Shown here: piece after piece, positions 48,615 through 62,227 of the stretch
How the letters are laid out: every line of letters begins with the position of its first letter
Position numbering within the stretch: the first letter of the stretch is position 1
Assembly (NCBI GenBank): GCA_965287045.1
Contig: OZ336881.1
Coordinates: 50,344,001 to 50,408,000 of the forward strand
DNA length: 64,000 bases
Source of the DNA: Carcharhinus amblyrhynchos
Taxonomy: Eukaryota
Direction of reading: 5' to 3'
Made by a program: the position numbers and the translations under genes
The notes under the pieces: generated by a model
What the model saw: only the letters and a program-made list of their open reading frames with translations
What the model was told of the DNA's origin: nothing
Databases searched by the model: none

Positions 48615-49830
48615 AGCGTTGATTGCTCATTCCTGATTGCCCTCGAGAACAAAGAACAACCCAGCATGGGAAACAGGCCCTTCGACCCAACGAGCCCGCA
48701 CCGCCATTTCAATAAAGCATTTTCCTACACCTACCCTGCCCCGTGTGTATGTGAATGGTACCCCTAATGTAGCCAGATCCAGGGGAGAATAGTGTAGGGT
48801 CAATTTGGTACACCAATCAGCCTAAGCTGCCTTCTTGAACTGCTGCAGTCCAAGTGGTATAGGTATATCCACAGTGCTGTTAGGGAGGCAATTCCAGGAT
48901 TTTAACCCAGTGACAGTGAACGAGCGGTGATATTAACTCTAAGTCAGGATGGTGAGTGACTTGGAGGGGATCTATAGTTGGTGTTCCCATGTATCTGCTG
49001 CCTTTAGCCTTCTAGGCGGTTGCAGTTGTTTGTTTGGAAGGTCCTGTCGAAGGAGTCCTGTTGAGTTGCTAAAGTGCAACTTGTTGATGGCACACGGCTG
49101 CCACTATTTACTGTCGGTGGAGGAAGTGGATGCTGAAGATGGTGGGTGCGGTGCCAATCAAGTGGACTGCTTTGTCCTGGTTGGTGTTGAGTTTCATGAG
49201 TATTGTTGGAGCTGTACTTGTCCAGGCAAGTGGACAGTATTCCATCATACTCCTAACTTGATGGTGGACAGGCTTAGGGAAATTAGGGGGTGAGTTATTC
49301 TCTGCAGAATTCCCAACCCCTGACCTATTGTAGCCACGGTATTTATATGGTTTGTTTAGTTCAGTTTCTGGTCATTGATTCAGTGATGGTAATGCCATTG
49401 AATGTTAATGGGAGATGGTTAAATTCTCATTTGTTGGAGATGCTCATTGCCTGGCACTTTTGTGGCATAACTGTCACTTGCCACTGATGAACTGAAGCTT
49501 GAATGTTGTCCAGGGTTTGCTATGTACGGATGTGGACTGCTTCAGTATCTAAGGAGTCATGAATGGCACTGAACAATGTGCAATCATGTGCAGTCACCCC
49601 CACCCTGACCTTATGATGGAAGGAAGGTCATTGATGAAGCTGCTGTAGATGGTTGGGCCTAGGTCACTATTCTGAGGAACTCCTGCAGTGATGTCCCGGG
49701 ACTGAGCTGATGGACCTCCAACCATCACAACCATCTTCCTTTGTGTTAGGTATGGCTCCAACCAATGGAGAATTTTCCCTCTGATTCCCAATGACTCCAG
49801 TTTTGCTGCAGCTCCTTGATATCCTTGGCA
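48615..49830 (-). mobile_element. decayed CR1-clade LINE (divergent family)
   Basis: KLESLGIRGKILHWLEPYLTQRKMVV..GVPQNSDLGPTIYSSFINDLP. Confidence 0.88.
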
Positions 49831-50089
49831 TATCACACTGCTTGCTAACACGTTATCTAGAAGACAAAGGTGCTCATGATAAATGGCTGGATTTTATTTG
49901 AACTATGTCCTGAGAGTGTGCTAGGGATGGGTTGGAATAAGATGGCAGAAGAGGAATAGATTGGTATTAATGGTAGTTGTGATAGGGGTATGGGACGATG
50001 ATGAGAATAATGTAAGAGTCCATTTTATTGTGCATTGTGGACAGAGCTGCTTGGTTTTTGTGTGGAATAGGAATTCAACGGAAAGTTTT

Positions 50090-50227
50090 GGGTTGAAATT
50101 TTCCAGTCCTGCGTGCCACAGGAACTGTAGCAGATAGGACAGAAAGTTCAGTGGACCATTTAAAGGTCTGTTGATCTGAGGCAGGATTTTCTGGTATTGG
50201 GGCGCACGCGGCTGGAGAATCCCACCA
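50090..50227. mobile_element. MITE-like element
   Basis: GGGTTGAAATTTTCC...GGAGAATCCCACC. Confidence 0.55.
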
Positions 50228-50894
50228 TTGGTAATTAAAGACTAAAGATATTTTCCGTCCATAACTCAGGATCGATAGGCATGACTTTAGGTCTAATTGC
50301 AGTGACCTTCTCTGCCAATGGCTGTGACTGGGTGTCCTGATTCCCTCGCCATGGTAGTGCCTTTTTGTGCGATGCAGTTGTGTATCAGATAGCAATGTGA
50401 GAGTTTGACATGAAATGAAGGTGAAATGACTACTGAAAAAGTAGGAGGCATTCAAGTGCATAATTATTCTTATATTCTTGGGATGTGGGCGTCACTGCCA
50501 AGGCTGACATTTATTGTTCATTGCTGGTTGATTGGAGTGGCTTTTAAGCCACTTTAACAGGGAGTTAAGAATCAACCTCACATAATCTGTCGCTATATAT
50601 AATAATATACTTACAATGGTAGAATGAAATCAGTTTTTATTTCTGAAAATTATAGGATTTGGAGTAGGATGTATGCCATCAACTATGCTGTTGTACTTGA
50701 GAGAAGCCAAAAAGGTTCTGGCCTGTTCTGTGTTGCTAGTTGTTTCCATTAAAAGAAAATGGATAAAGGGGTTTGTCCTAACAAACAGGGCATCCATCTC
50801 TTGTTTCATGCATCTGTGACTTGCTTGTTGTCTGGCAGAATTCAATTGCATTAAAGTTTAAGGCAGTTGTCAAATTGGCAGCCATCTATTCCTT

Positions 50895-51180
50895 TCGTTT
50901 TAGTCATTTTGTGGGACGTGGTCATTGCTGGCTGACCAGCACTTATTGACCATTCCTAATTGTTCTTACTGAGTGGCTTGCGAGTCCATTACATTGAATT
51001 TTTAATGACAATCGACAATGGTTTCATGATCATCAGTAGATTTTTATTTCCAGATATTTTTTATTGAATTCAAATTCCACCATCTGCTTTGGTGGGATTC
51101 AACCCCAGGTCCCCAGAGCATTAGCTCAGTTTCTGGGGTTAATAGTTTAGAGATAATACCACTAGGCCATCGCCTCCCCT
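50895..51180 (-). mobile_element. tRNA-derived SINE (family C)
   Basis: Reverse complement starts AGGGGAGGCGATGGCCTAGTGG (A box) with GGGTTGAATCCC (B box). Confidence 0.8.
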
Positions 51181-51374
51181 ATTGTGGAAACTGTTGGCAT
51201 GTGTGATTTGAGGAGACCCAGATGTTTCTGTAACTGATGAAGGATGGAGGTTGAAGACAGATTTGATCAAATGTTGTTGAGATTGCTGTGAATTGGTGAG
51301 TTGATGCAGATGTCTGGCTCGGAGTAGGTGCGGTAGGATTGTCTCAGATATAAATGTGTGTCTCTCTCATTTGG

Positions 51375-54240
51375 ATTTTAGGAAATAGCCACCAATGGAT
51401 CTATCATTTTTGAGGCCACTTCTGAAGTACTCTAGGCTGAAGATTATCAGACCCTGGAGATCTATCTGCCTTCAATCCCATCAAGTTCCCCAAAATCATT
51501 TTGAAGCTAATACCAATTTCTTTCAGCTCCTCACTATTACTTGTGTTTCTCAGAACGTCCGGTACATTATTCATGTCTTCCTTTTTGAAGACAGGAGCAA
51601 AATACGAATTTAATTCCTCAACCATTTCTTTGTCCCCCATTATGAATTCCCCGTTCTGACTTTAAAGAGTCTATATTTGTTTTTGTCAATCTTTTTCTGT
51701 TGACATACCTATAATAACTTTTACAATCAGTTTTTATGTTCTGCGCCATCTTACTCTCATGCTCTATTTTTCCTTGTTTAATCAATCCCTTGGTCTGCCT
51801 TTGCTGAATTTTAAACTGCTCCCAATCCTCAGGTCTACTGCCCATTTGTATGCATCTTCTTTGACTCTAATACTATCTCTAGTTTCCCTTGTAGGGCATG
51901 GTTTGGCCGTAGCTCCCTTTTCACTCTAGTGCCAAATAGGAACAAAAAACTTTTGGAGTTCACCCAATTGTTATTTGAATGCATGTCATTGCATGTCCAC
52001 TCTCCTTCTTTTCAATTATATTCCCCAGTCCTTCATAGCCAACTCATGCCTCATACCACTACAGTTACCTTTATTGAAATGCAGGGCCTGGTTTCAGAAT
52101 CAGCCACCTCACTATCCACTTTGATAAAGAATTCTACCACATTATGGTCACTCATTCCCAAGGATTCTCTCGCAACTAAATTGTCAACTAATCCTTTCTC
52201 ATTGCACAATACCCAGTCCAAGATGGTCTGTTCCCTTGTTTGTATTTCAACGTATTGGGCCAGAAAATCAGCCCGTATACACTCTATAAATTCCTCCTCT
52301 ATTATACTGTGATTAATATTTCCTTTACCACATACATTTCTGATTTTCTGACTGATGCTATTCCCAACATGACGGTTTGGTGGTCTGTATACCACCACCA
52401 TGAATGTTGTTTTGCCCCTTGGTGTTTCTTAACTCCACCCATACGGATTCCACATCATCTGTGCTAATATCTTTCCTCAACATTGTATCAATATCTTCTT
52501 TATTCAACAATGCAACTCCACCGCCTTTTCCTTTCTGTTTACTCTTCCCGAACGCTGATTATTCCTTAATGTTCAGTTACCATCCTTGACCAGCTTGGAG
52601 CTATGTCTCTGTAATCCCAATTATATCATAGCCCTTTACATCTATTTGCACAACTAATTCATCCATTTTATTTTGAATGCTCCAAGATTCAGGTACAAAA
52701 CCTTAAAGCCCATCCTTTTAACGTTCCTTTTCCCATTCTATTTTTCACTGTGTCATTATCTGATTCTGCCCCTTGTTTTCTCCTGTCACTTTTTAAGTTC
52801 TCTTTGCTGTATTTTCCTCTTGTTCTTGATCTCGTCTGCTCTGAATCCTTACACAGGTTCCCACCCCCCTGCCATATTCGTTTAAACCTTCCTAATCACT
52901 CTAGCAAATTCTACCCCCCAACCCCTCCAAGGAATCAGCCCCAGTCCTGCCCAGGTGTAAACTGTCCAGTTTGTACATGTCCCACCTCCCCCAGGACCAG
53001 TCCCAATGCCCCAAGAATCTGAAACCCTCATCCTCATACCATCTTGTTAGCCATATATTCATTCTATATATCCTGCAGTTTCTACTCTGACTAGCATATG
53101 GCACTGATAATAATCCTGAGATAACTATCTTTGAGGTTCTACTTTTTCAATTTGCTTCTTAGCTCCCTGCATTCTGCTTTTAGGACCTCATCCCTTTTTT
53201 TTTATGTATGCCGTTTGTACCATGACATCTGGCTGTTCACCCTTCCCCTGAGGAATATCCTGCAATTGCTCTAAGACATTCTTGACCCTAGCACAAGGGA
53301 GGCAACATACCATCATGGAGTCTCTTTTGGGGCCATAGAAATATCTATCTATTCCCCTCACAGTTGAATCCCCTATGACTATTGCATTTCTGCTCTTTTT
53401 CTCCTCCCCTCTGCAGCAGAGCCAACCATGATGCTATGAATTTGGCTGCTGTTTTTATCCCTTGTGAGGCCATTTCCCTCAACAGTATCCAAGACAGTAT
53501 ATCTGTTTTGCAGAGGAATAGCTGCAGAAGATTTTTACACTGCCTACCTAGTCCTCTTGTTCTGCCTGATGGTCACCTATTCCATTCCTGCTGATGGAGT
53601 CTGACACTGTAGTGTGACCACCTCTCTATACATGCTATCCATGGTATTCTCCACCAGGTGGATGCTCCACTGTGTCCCCAGACATCACTCCAGCTCGAAA
53701 GCTCAGGCTTCCAAGAGCTGCAGATGAAGACAGTTCCTGCACACATACTGGTCCTGGGAACTGGAAATGTTCCTGGTCTCCCACATGGAGCCCGAAAAGC
53801 ACATCATGGCTTGGCACTCTCCTGCCATGTCTTACCCTCTACGTTAAATTCATCCTTTAAATATTAAACAATATCAACTCGGGCCCTTCTTTTCTGTTCT
53901 TTGTTATTATAGAATCATTTCTTAAAAACAATGTATCACAGAGTAACATCTTAACAATTTTAACAAATAGTAGTCGTAAGTACTGACCCAACTATACTCA
54001 CCCAATAGATGTTTAGAGTTCCTTAGGAGATGTAAACTTTCTCTCCATTCTTTCTCATAGTCCTTTAGCCACCTGTTTCTGCTGTTAGATTCACTTTCTC
54101 TTTACTCCTTTATCCTCCAAGCTTTGTTCCCTAACTATTATCTTGTTTAATTATGTAAGTTTCAGCTATTTAAAGATGGTTCTTAATATCAATTACTCAA
54201 CAATCAGCTTATCACTTCCCTGTGATGCCACTCTTGAGAT
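51375..54240 (-). mobile_element. 5' half of a CR1 LINE (ORF1 plus endonuclease), decayed
   Basis: ORF1 from ATG at 53828: MAGECQAMMCFSGSMWE..YVCRNCLHLQLLE; esterase-like EGFRFLGHW..YKLDSLHL; endonuclease VVYRPPN, ILDWVLCNE, SDHN; linker SPGSDNLQPRVL. Confidence 0.92.
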
Positions 54241-54294
54241 TTTTCAAACTGATTGTGCTGCTTGGTGTTGCCCCGGTGAAGAGTGTCTCTCCAC

Positions 54295-54740
54295 AGGGCC
54301 CTGGGCCTTTCACTCCCCGAGTGCCCCAAGACTCTCACTCCCGAGAGCCCCGAGCCTTGCGCCCCCAAAGGCCCTGAACTCACTTCCTGAGGGCCCTGGG
54401 CCTCATGCCCTCCAAGGGCCCTCAGCCTCTCAATCCCTGAGGGCTCCAGGCCTCTCTGAGGGCCCTAAGCCTCGTGCACCCCCTCTCCCCCAAAGGCCCT
54501 GAACTTCTCACTCCCTGAGGGCCCCTGGGCTCTCACTTCCTGAGGGCCCCCTACCTTTCATTCCCCCGAGAGCCCGCGACTTCGTACTCCCTGAGGGCCC
54601 CTAGACTCTCAGTCCCTGAGGGCCCCAAGCCTCTCACTCCCTGAGGGCCCTGGCCCTCTTACTCCCCGAGAGCCCTGGTCTCATGTCCCCAGAGGGCCCC
54701 GAGACTCTCACTCCCCAGAAAGGCCTGAACATCACACTCT
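54295..54740 (+). repeat. GC-rich ~22-bp minisatellite
   Basis: About 18-20 degenerate units of CTCTCACTCCCTGAGGGCCCC. Confidence 0.92.
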
Positions 54741-54875
54741 CTTTATCGTCTGCTCCCAGAAAAGTGGCCCTCGCAGGTCCAGTGCTCTCTGCCCCCTGAA
54801 TGTACTTGGATCCCCAATTGGTAGCCCTGGTGGTGGGACTTCTGTGGTTTATGAATATCCATTGATGGTAGATCT

Positions 54876-55030
54876 GCTGGTTAAGTTGATTGGCCATGGT
54901 AAATTGACTTTAGTTTTGGGGGATTAGCAGAGTAAATACGTAGGGATACAGGAATAGGTCCTGGGTGGGATTGTGGTTGCTGCAGCCTTGATGGGCTGAA
55001 TGGCCTCCTTCTGCACAGCACTCTATGATT
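54876..55030 (+). mobile_element. HE1-type SINE 3' half
   Basis: GTTGATTGGCCATG...GAATGGCCTCCTTCTGCAC. Confidence 0.85.
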
Positions 55031-55903
55031 ACCTGGAGCATGGAGTTGAAAAAATATCCTTGTTATTTCCAAATATCTGACGTTGAAAATGAGAGAACAG
55101 CTATCGAATTGCAAGAACACTTATCCTCAGAGTAAACTCTGAGTATTGCAGTCTTTCTTTAGTTCAGAGATGTTACTGAATCTGGCAAAATTTAATCACT
55201 CCTTAGTTTTGCACCTCTGTTCCCCAAAAATAGAAGAAGAAGAAGAATCCTTTTCCTTTATTCTTCAGCAGAGTGTTTTAGGTGATTGTACAGCAGTGAG
55301 AAATGGTCACTCTTTCAAGGTGGATGTTGAATAATTACATTGCGTCAGTGTCATTTGCTTCAGGCTAGTTTTGTGCTAAGATTTTTTTTCTCTCTGCCAA
55401 CGTCACTGTTGCGAGTTGATTTGTGACCACTGTCACTCTCACCACCTGAAGGGTAGAATTTGGATAGTACATGCAAAACGCATCATTAAAGAAAACGCTC
55501 CAGAGTGCTTTGCCAAAGTAGCACAAATACATTGAAAGTTATACACAAGGTGTCCATGATTCCGTCAGAATGAAACTTTGCTTTGTACAATATCGTCAAG
55601 AAATACAAACCTGTCACCAGCATCGTTCTGAAAATCAGTGGTGCCAGTATTGCCATGCAAGCTTTGCCATAACGCCACCTGATACAGGATTCTGCAATAG
55701 CTAAACTCTGCCTGCTTTATGGTATAGCATGCCAGGATGCACAGGTACCAATTGAATCAATAGTCATTCTCAACAAAAGAAGGTTTTGCTTTTAACCCTT
55801 CAAAATGAACTGATGGCAGTTTATCTATTAGAAGGTGTTTGAACTTCTCTTTTTATTCTTCATGGGATCACTGACAAGGCAGCATTTAACGCCCATCCCA
55901 AAT

Positions 55904-56228
55904 TATAGAACCATAGAATCCTGAGGCAGAAAGAAGCCATTTGGCCCATCGAGTTTGCACCAACTCTCTGACAGAGCATCCCAACCAGGTCCTGTCCCTG
56001 TAACCTCATTTATTTATAACACTAATCTCTCAAACTACATACCTTAGAACTCTAAGGGGCAATTAAGCAAGGCCAATCCATCTAATCTGCACATCTTTGG
56101 ACTGTGGGAGGAAACAGAAGCACCCAGATGAAACCCACGCAGACACTGGAAAACATGCAAACTCCACACAGACAGTGACCCAAGCCCAGAATTGCACCTG
56201 TGAGGCAGCAGTGCTAACCACTGTGCCT
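55904..56228 (-). mobile_element. HE1-type V-SINE
   Basis: Tail, core and head in reverse orientation. Confidence 0.9.
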
Positions 56229-56567
56229 ACTTCTCAAATGAGTGAGTGTGGGGGAATGGGGGAGAGAGAATATGGAGAGGATAGTGAGTTTGGGGGAGAA
56301 AGGGCGAGGAGAGAGAATGATTGATATTAACTCCTTGGCTGCGATGGCTTGAGGATGAGAGATGCAGTGTACAGTTTGTATCCACTGCTGGCAGCTTTTA
56401 ATGCTATTTATAGGATAGAAACAGGCCATTTGGCCCTTGTCATCTATGTTGAAGTTGATGTAACACACAAGCTTCCTCCCACCCTTCTTTATCACACTAT
56501 CAGGGTGACTTTCAGCTTCTTTCTTCCTTATGTATTTATCAACTTCCTTGAATGTATTTATATTGAA

Positions 56568-57480
56568 ATTATAGAATAGTAACAGTGTAGAAGAAGGCCA
56601 TTCGGAACATTGTCAGCTCTCTGCAACAGCAACTCAGCCGGTCACACTCTTCGACCGTTTCCCCATAGCCCAGTAAGACCTTTTCTGTTCAGTTAATTAT
56701 CCAGTTCCCTTTTGAAAACAGCAATTGAATCTATCCCTACCACAGGGATTCCAGATCCAAACCACGCTTTGCATGATGAGGTTTTTCCTCTTGTCGCCTC
56801 TGGTTCTTTAGTTAGTCACCTTGGGGTTCTTGACCTTCTGCCAATGGGAACGTTTTCTCCCTATTGACACTCTCTGGACTCCTCAGGATTTTGAACATGT
56901 CTAACAAATCTCCTTCATGCCGTCTCTTCTCCAAGTGAACAGCCCCAGCTTCCAGTCCCATTCTACCCACGTAATCATCCTCAGAAACATTCTTGTAAAC
57001 CTTTTTTGCACCCTTTCTAAAACCTTTATATCTTTCCCATTGAGGATGAACCAGTGTTTTATTGAGGTTCATAACTTACTTCCTCCCGTTGTCTGTGTCC
57101 CACGTATAACACATAGGATACAGTATAACTTACTAACTGCTTTCTCAACCTGTCATGCCACTTTCAATGATTTATGCACATCTACACCCAAGTCTTTTTG
57201 CTGCTTCATTTCCTTTAGAATTGTATCCTTTATTTTCTTTCACCTCTCCTTGTCCTTCTGACCAAAATGTATCACTTTACACTTCTCTACATTAAATTTC
57301 ATCTGCCTCATGTCTGCCCATTCCAACAGCCTGTCTTTTTCCTCTTGAGGTCTGTCACTATCCTCCTTACAGTTCACAACACTTCAAATATTGAGCTTGT
57401 ACTCTGTACCCCCAGATCTTGGTTATAAATATAAATCACGGAGAGCAGTGACTCCCTCCATATACCATTCTCCAGTCACA
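56568..57480 (-). mobile_element. decayed CR1 3' fragment
   Basis: KTLVHPQWE, LEKRRHEGDLLDMFKILR..FPLAEG. Confidence 0.85.
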
Positions 57481-57503
57481 AGTCTTCTGTAATTCATGTT
57501 TTT

Positions 57504-57810
57504 GGGCGGCACAGTGGTTAGTGCTGCTGCCTCACAGTTCCACGGACCTGGATTTGATTCCCAGCTTGGGTCACTGTCTGTGTGGAGTTTGCATGTTCTC
57601 CCTGTGTCTGCATGGCTTTCCTCTCACAGTCCAAAGATGTGTGGGTTAGGTGCATTGGCTATGCTACATTGTCCGTTAGTGTCCCAGGAAGCATAGGTTA
57701 GCGGGATTAGAGGGTAAATATGTGGGGTTACGGGAGTAGGGCCTGTTGTCGGTGCAGATGCAATGGGCTGAATGGCCTCCTGCTGCACTACAGGGTTTCT
57801 ATGATTCTAT
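57504..57810 (+). mobile_element. HE1-type V-SINE
   Basis: Head, core and TTCTATGATTCTAT tail. Confidence 0.92.
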
Positions 57811-58274
57811 TTTGCTAGGATTGAATTAAATAATTAAATTGTTGCATAGTGAAATTCTAGCTATGCTAAAGATTAATGTCAAAATGTCAAAATATTGCAT
57901 GGTATGAAATAAAATGCCTATCAGCACTAATATTTTTCAATTAAATAAAACTTTTACTGACATTTGGGACTAAAATTGATTAATACACAAGAAAACAACA
58001 TAATTGTTGTTTTAGAAGTGATATGCCCAACACATTTTCTGACAGTTTCTGCTGCTCAGAATTTCCCACTACACCACTGGAGGTAACTGAGCTAATTTGA
58101 TCAAATCCTACATCATATCTGGAATCTTCTTAGTTTGACAACTCAGCTACTCATTACCACAACTAATTCTCGTCAACTTAGTGGTTTTTAGTTCCCTTCA
58201 TGCTGCAAAGGAGTTGTTCTCTCGACTCCACTATTCTGCCATTTCCTCAATGTCTTTTAGAGATTCCCACATAT

Positions 58275-58460
58275 CACAGAGAGTCATAGAGTAATACAGC
58301 ACAGAAACAGGCCCTTCGGCCCAACTGGTCCATGTTGACTATGATGCCCTCCCATCTCGTCCCTATTGCCCACATTTGGCCCATATCCCTCGAATTCTTT
58401 CCCGCCCATGTGCATATCCAAACGCTTTTTAAATGTTGCTATTGTACCTGCCTCAACCAT
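58275..58460 (-). mobile_element. CR1 3' end
   Basis: MVEAGTIATFKKRLDMHM..EGYGP plus 3' UTR. Confidence 0.85.
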
Positions 58461-60039
58461 TTTCCTAAACCACATGATTTTGTCCAATTCCTCCATTTCT
58501 GCACTTTCATCTTCCATTGCCTTGCGAATACCTCCTTTGTCATTCTCATTGCTTATTTGTGAGACTATTTGTAACAGTGTCTGGCTTGGTTAGGATGCCT
58601 CATGTGGTCAAATTGCCTATCTACACCTATTCTCAATCATCATACGTGAAAAAGTTCTACCATGGAGATACACTGGAGGTCATTTTTGGAACAATACCAA
58701 GAATTATCACCTTTGGAAGAAGGAGACTTGAAAAATGGGCCTAAAGACAGTGGAGGAAGGGACTCTGTTTTCACAATTTAGCTAAGTGGTCTCAGGGAGA
58801 ACCACTCAAGCCATGGTAATTTGGTAAAAGGAGCGCTGCTTCCTGCTGCTTACTTTAGAAGAAAACCCATTGTAATCACTTTGAACATGGCTAAAAGTAA
58901 TGATCCCCACGAGGGGCATTCTGGCGCAGCTGGCAGCAGTAGTGGTGGGGTGGAGCCCATACTGAAATTAAAAAATGATGGCTTTATTGTGCGCAGGTTT
59001 GAAAATGACAGGTCAAAGATCAACGAACGGCATCATCGTGTTTGGGAAAAAAAATCTCCCGGAATAGCTTCACTCTGAGATGACAATCCGAGCTTGAATA
59101 GGGATGAACATAAATAAGATTGCAATCATCTTCAATGGCATTTCATTGAATCATTTTAAAGGGACAATTTTCTGTGAATTTTGTTTAAGTTACCCATGAC
59201 ATTTGGAGTAGGTTTGGCTCCATGGAGAGAGGCTTATTTTCACGTGGTTCAGAGATTTTGTTTTTTCAGACTGCATAAACTAATGAAAATGTCAATCTGT
59301 CTTAAATGGATTGTTGCTATCTCTGCTGTTCTTTCCAGCTTATTCCCATACTCACATTGATAACATTTTACAAATATGCAACAGATTTGTCATGACAAAT
59401 GACCACATTCATAGTACAGAGAAAAGGTGCTGACATTCTGAGTGTGACTTGTTCTACCTCAGAGAAACAGAACAACTTGTGTCTGTACAGTACCTTAAAA
59501 GTAGTAACCCGTCCCGGGGCACTGCACGGGTGCAATTTAGTGCACTTGTGAAAGTGCAGGGGGGTGCAGGTGGGGATCCTGCCTCTGCCCTAATAAGTCC
59601 AAGGGAAGGAAGGAAGGCTTGTGGACAGCCTTTTTGTCACTGTCAATTGAGCCCCTTAACTGGGCAATTAATTGTTGGGGGTGTCTCCGGTTCAACAGCA
59701 TTCAGTGACTGATGGACATGCTGGGAGCCCACCTCTGCTCTTGCTGCCAAGCCCCACCCCCCTCATAACTGCCTCCCTCCTCACAGCTCCTGACAGACCC
59801 CATACTGCCCTCACTCAACTGTGGCCTGATGTCTCCCTCTCATCCTGGGCCTCTGACGGGTGCAGTCTCAGGAGTTGCCATTGCTCCTGTTAGCGCTGCC
59901 TGCATTGGACAGTTGTCGGCTTCTGATTGGCTGACAGTTGTCAGGGGAGCTGCAAGATTTCTACCCACTGGGTCCTTAATCCCAAAGGGAAGACCGCCAT
60001 GGGTCACTGATTGACACTTGATATGACAGGCCAAATTAG

Positions 60040-60390
60040 GGAGCTGATGGCCTAATAGCATTATCGCTCGACTATTGATCCAGAAACTCAACTAATGATC
60101 GAGGGACCGAGGTTCGAATCCCGAATTTAAATTCAATTAAAAGATATCTAGAATTAAGTATCTACTGATGACCGTGAAACCATTATCGATTGTTGGAAAA
60201 ACCCATCTGGCTTACTAATGTCTTTTAAGGGAGGAAATCTGCTGTCTTTACCCTGTCTGGCCTACATGTGACTCCAGAGCTGCAGCAAAGTGGTTGACTC
60301 TCAATTGCCCTCTGAACAAGGGCAATTAGGGATGGGCAATAAATGCTGGCCAGCCAGCGACTTCTATGTCCCATCAATGAATAAACAAAA
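60040..60390 (+). mobile_element. tRNA-derived SINE (family C), near full length
   Basis: GGTTCGAATCCC B box; tail GGGATGGGCAATAAATGCTGGCC...ATGAATAAA. Confidence 0.82.
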
Positions 60391-61093
60391 ATAAAGGAGA
60401 ACCTGGATTAAACACAACCCCATGGGAGAATTGTCAAGTAAAATCTGACAGCGAGCAACATAAAAACTTGGTCAAAGGGGTACAGAGAGAAACTCCATCC
60501 CTTGCGTCCGATTAAACACTGCCTTACCACTCAAACTCATACATTCAACAGCATCTAAACCACAATTCCAAAGACAGCCTTCATAAGTCATGTAGCCAAG
60601 TAGAAATAGGAATTAAACTTATTCATTCTGGGAATAAATAACAGTTGTACTAAACTATTGTGGTAGTATCATTACGTATATTAACTGTCATCCAGATTAA
60701 TAACATTGAATGTTGCAAGCGAATTCATTGGGTTAGTGCATCATTGTTCCTCTTTTACAAACCCCAAACACTTGAAATGAGTTCTCCAAAGTGAATTTTC
60801 ACATTCGTCTTACTAAAGGGGAAGAGGAACCTGACAACATGCATTAGCAGACATTCCTATCACAAGTTTTGATGCCCAAACATTTAGGGTTATATATCGT
60901 GACTGAAATCAAGTCACATCATTGCAAGTCACATTCCTGCACTGCAGGAATACATTTTCATGTGTGCAACGAAGTATCAAGCAGCTCCTCTGCTGCTCGT
61001 TGCCATTTCATCCAGATACAAAAAAGCTGCAGGAATCTACTGACATACGTTCCCTCACATATCAAAATGTAAAACGTGAACCTTATTGAAAAT

Positions 61094-61385
61094 GGGGCAG
61101 CAGGGTGGCACAGTGGTTAGCACTGCTGCCTCACACTGCCAGGGACCCGGATTTAATTCCTGGCTTGGGTCACTGTCTGTGCGGAGTCTGCACGTTCTCC
61201 CCATGTCTGTGTGGGTTTCCTCCGGGCGCTCCAGTTTCCTCCCACAGTCTGAAAGATGTGCTGGTTAGGCGTATTGACCCGAATAGGTGCCGGACTGTGC
61301 CGACTAGGGGAATTTCATAGTAACTTCACTGCAGTATTAATGTAAGCCTTATTTGTAACGAATAATTTAAAAATTTAAACTTTAA
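61094..61385 (+). mobile_element. HE1-headed SINE with Rex1-like tail
   Basis: Full copy. Confidence 0.9.
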
Positions 61386-62227
61386 AAATGTTGTTGCTGT
61401 AAGGAGATTTGCAGGTGCAAGTGAGTTCCTGAAAGTACCTTCTCCATTTCTTGGTACAAGCATTTGGCATAATGGAAGTGAGAAATGGGACATGTATTAT
61501 GTAAACAGGGTGATTCCACGCTATTGTTAGCTGCAACCAGGATCATTGCTGGCCCCGTGAAATTGGGTGTGAGGGCCAGAATGGGATTTTCACCCAGCAT
61601 CAAACCCGTTGTGAATCTCCCTGCCTGCTGCATCCTTGCAGAGTGGGCTGGAACCTGATGAATATTCAAGATTATCCATTTCAGTCTAATTACTGGCTTT
61701 GAGGTCAGCTGCTCTGGTCTCCCACCAATATGCTCCCAACCCGCCCCATCGTATACTAAACAGTGCAGTTCCTGATAAACATGGTCCTGACCCCTTGGAC
61801 TCCAAGGATGAAGGGGCGAAATGGGCACAAGGGAGTAACTACTGTGCCCATTTTCTCTTCAGCTGCTGCCAGGCTGCAGATGGCCAGTCCTCTAAGGAAT
61901 CTGGTGTTTTGGTGCGCTCAGTCTGGGGGGCAAAGTTTGACCTCTGGACTTTCTCCCAGGATGGGGGTCTTGTGGTTGGACTTCCCCTTCTTGTCCTGGA
62001 AAAGTGGAGATCACTCTTTGCATGATAATTTTGGCAACTTGCTGTTAAAAGTCTCTATTATTGTCTATGTTGTATAAAACCTTTGAAGTGGCCTGGTCAC
62101 ATTAATATCCAGGCCTCCTGAACACCTGGATGCCTTAAAAACCACAGTAAGTCTCCATTCTACAGAAGGCAATGACCTTGGTTGATAGCAGAAGCCACAA
62201 GTGTGAGCAGACCTTTTTGAAGTGCTC

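Noticed and set aside
54295-54740. CRISPR-like array (also 2729-2840)
   Set aside because: Degenerate head-to-tail units with no unique spacers and no cas genes; vertebrate context.
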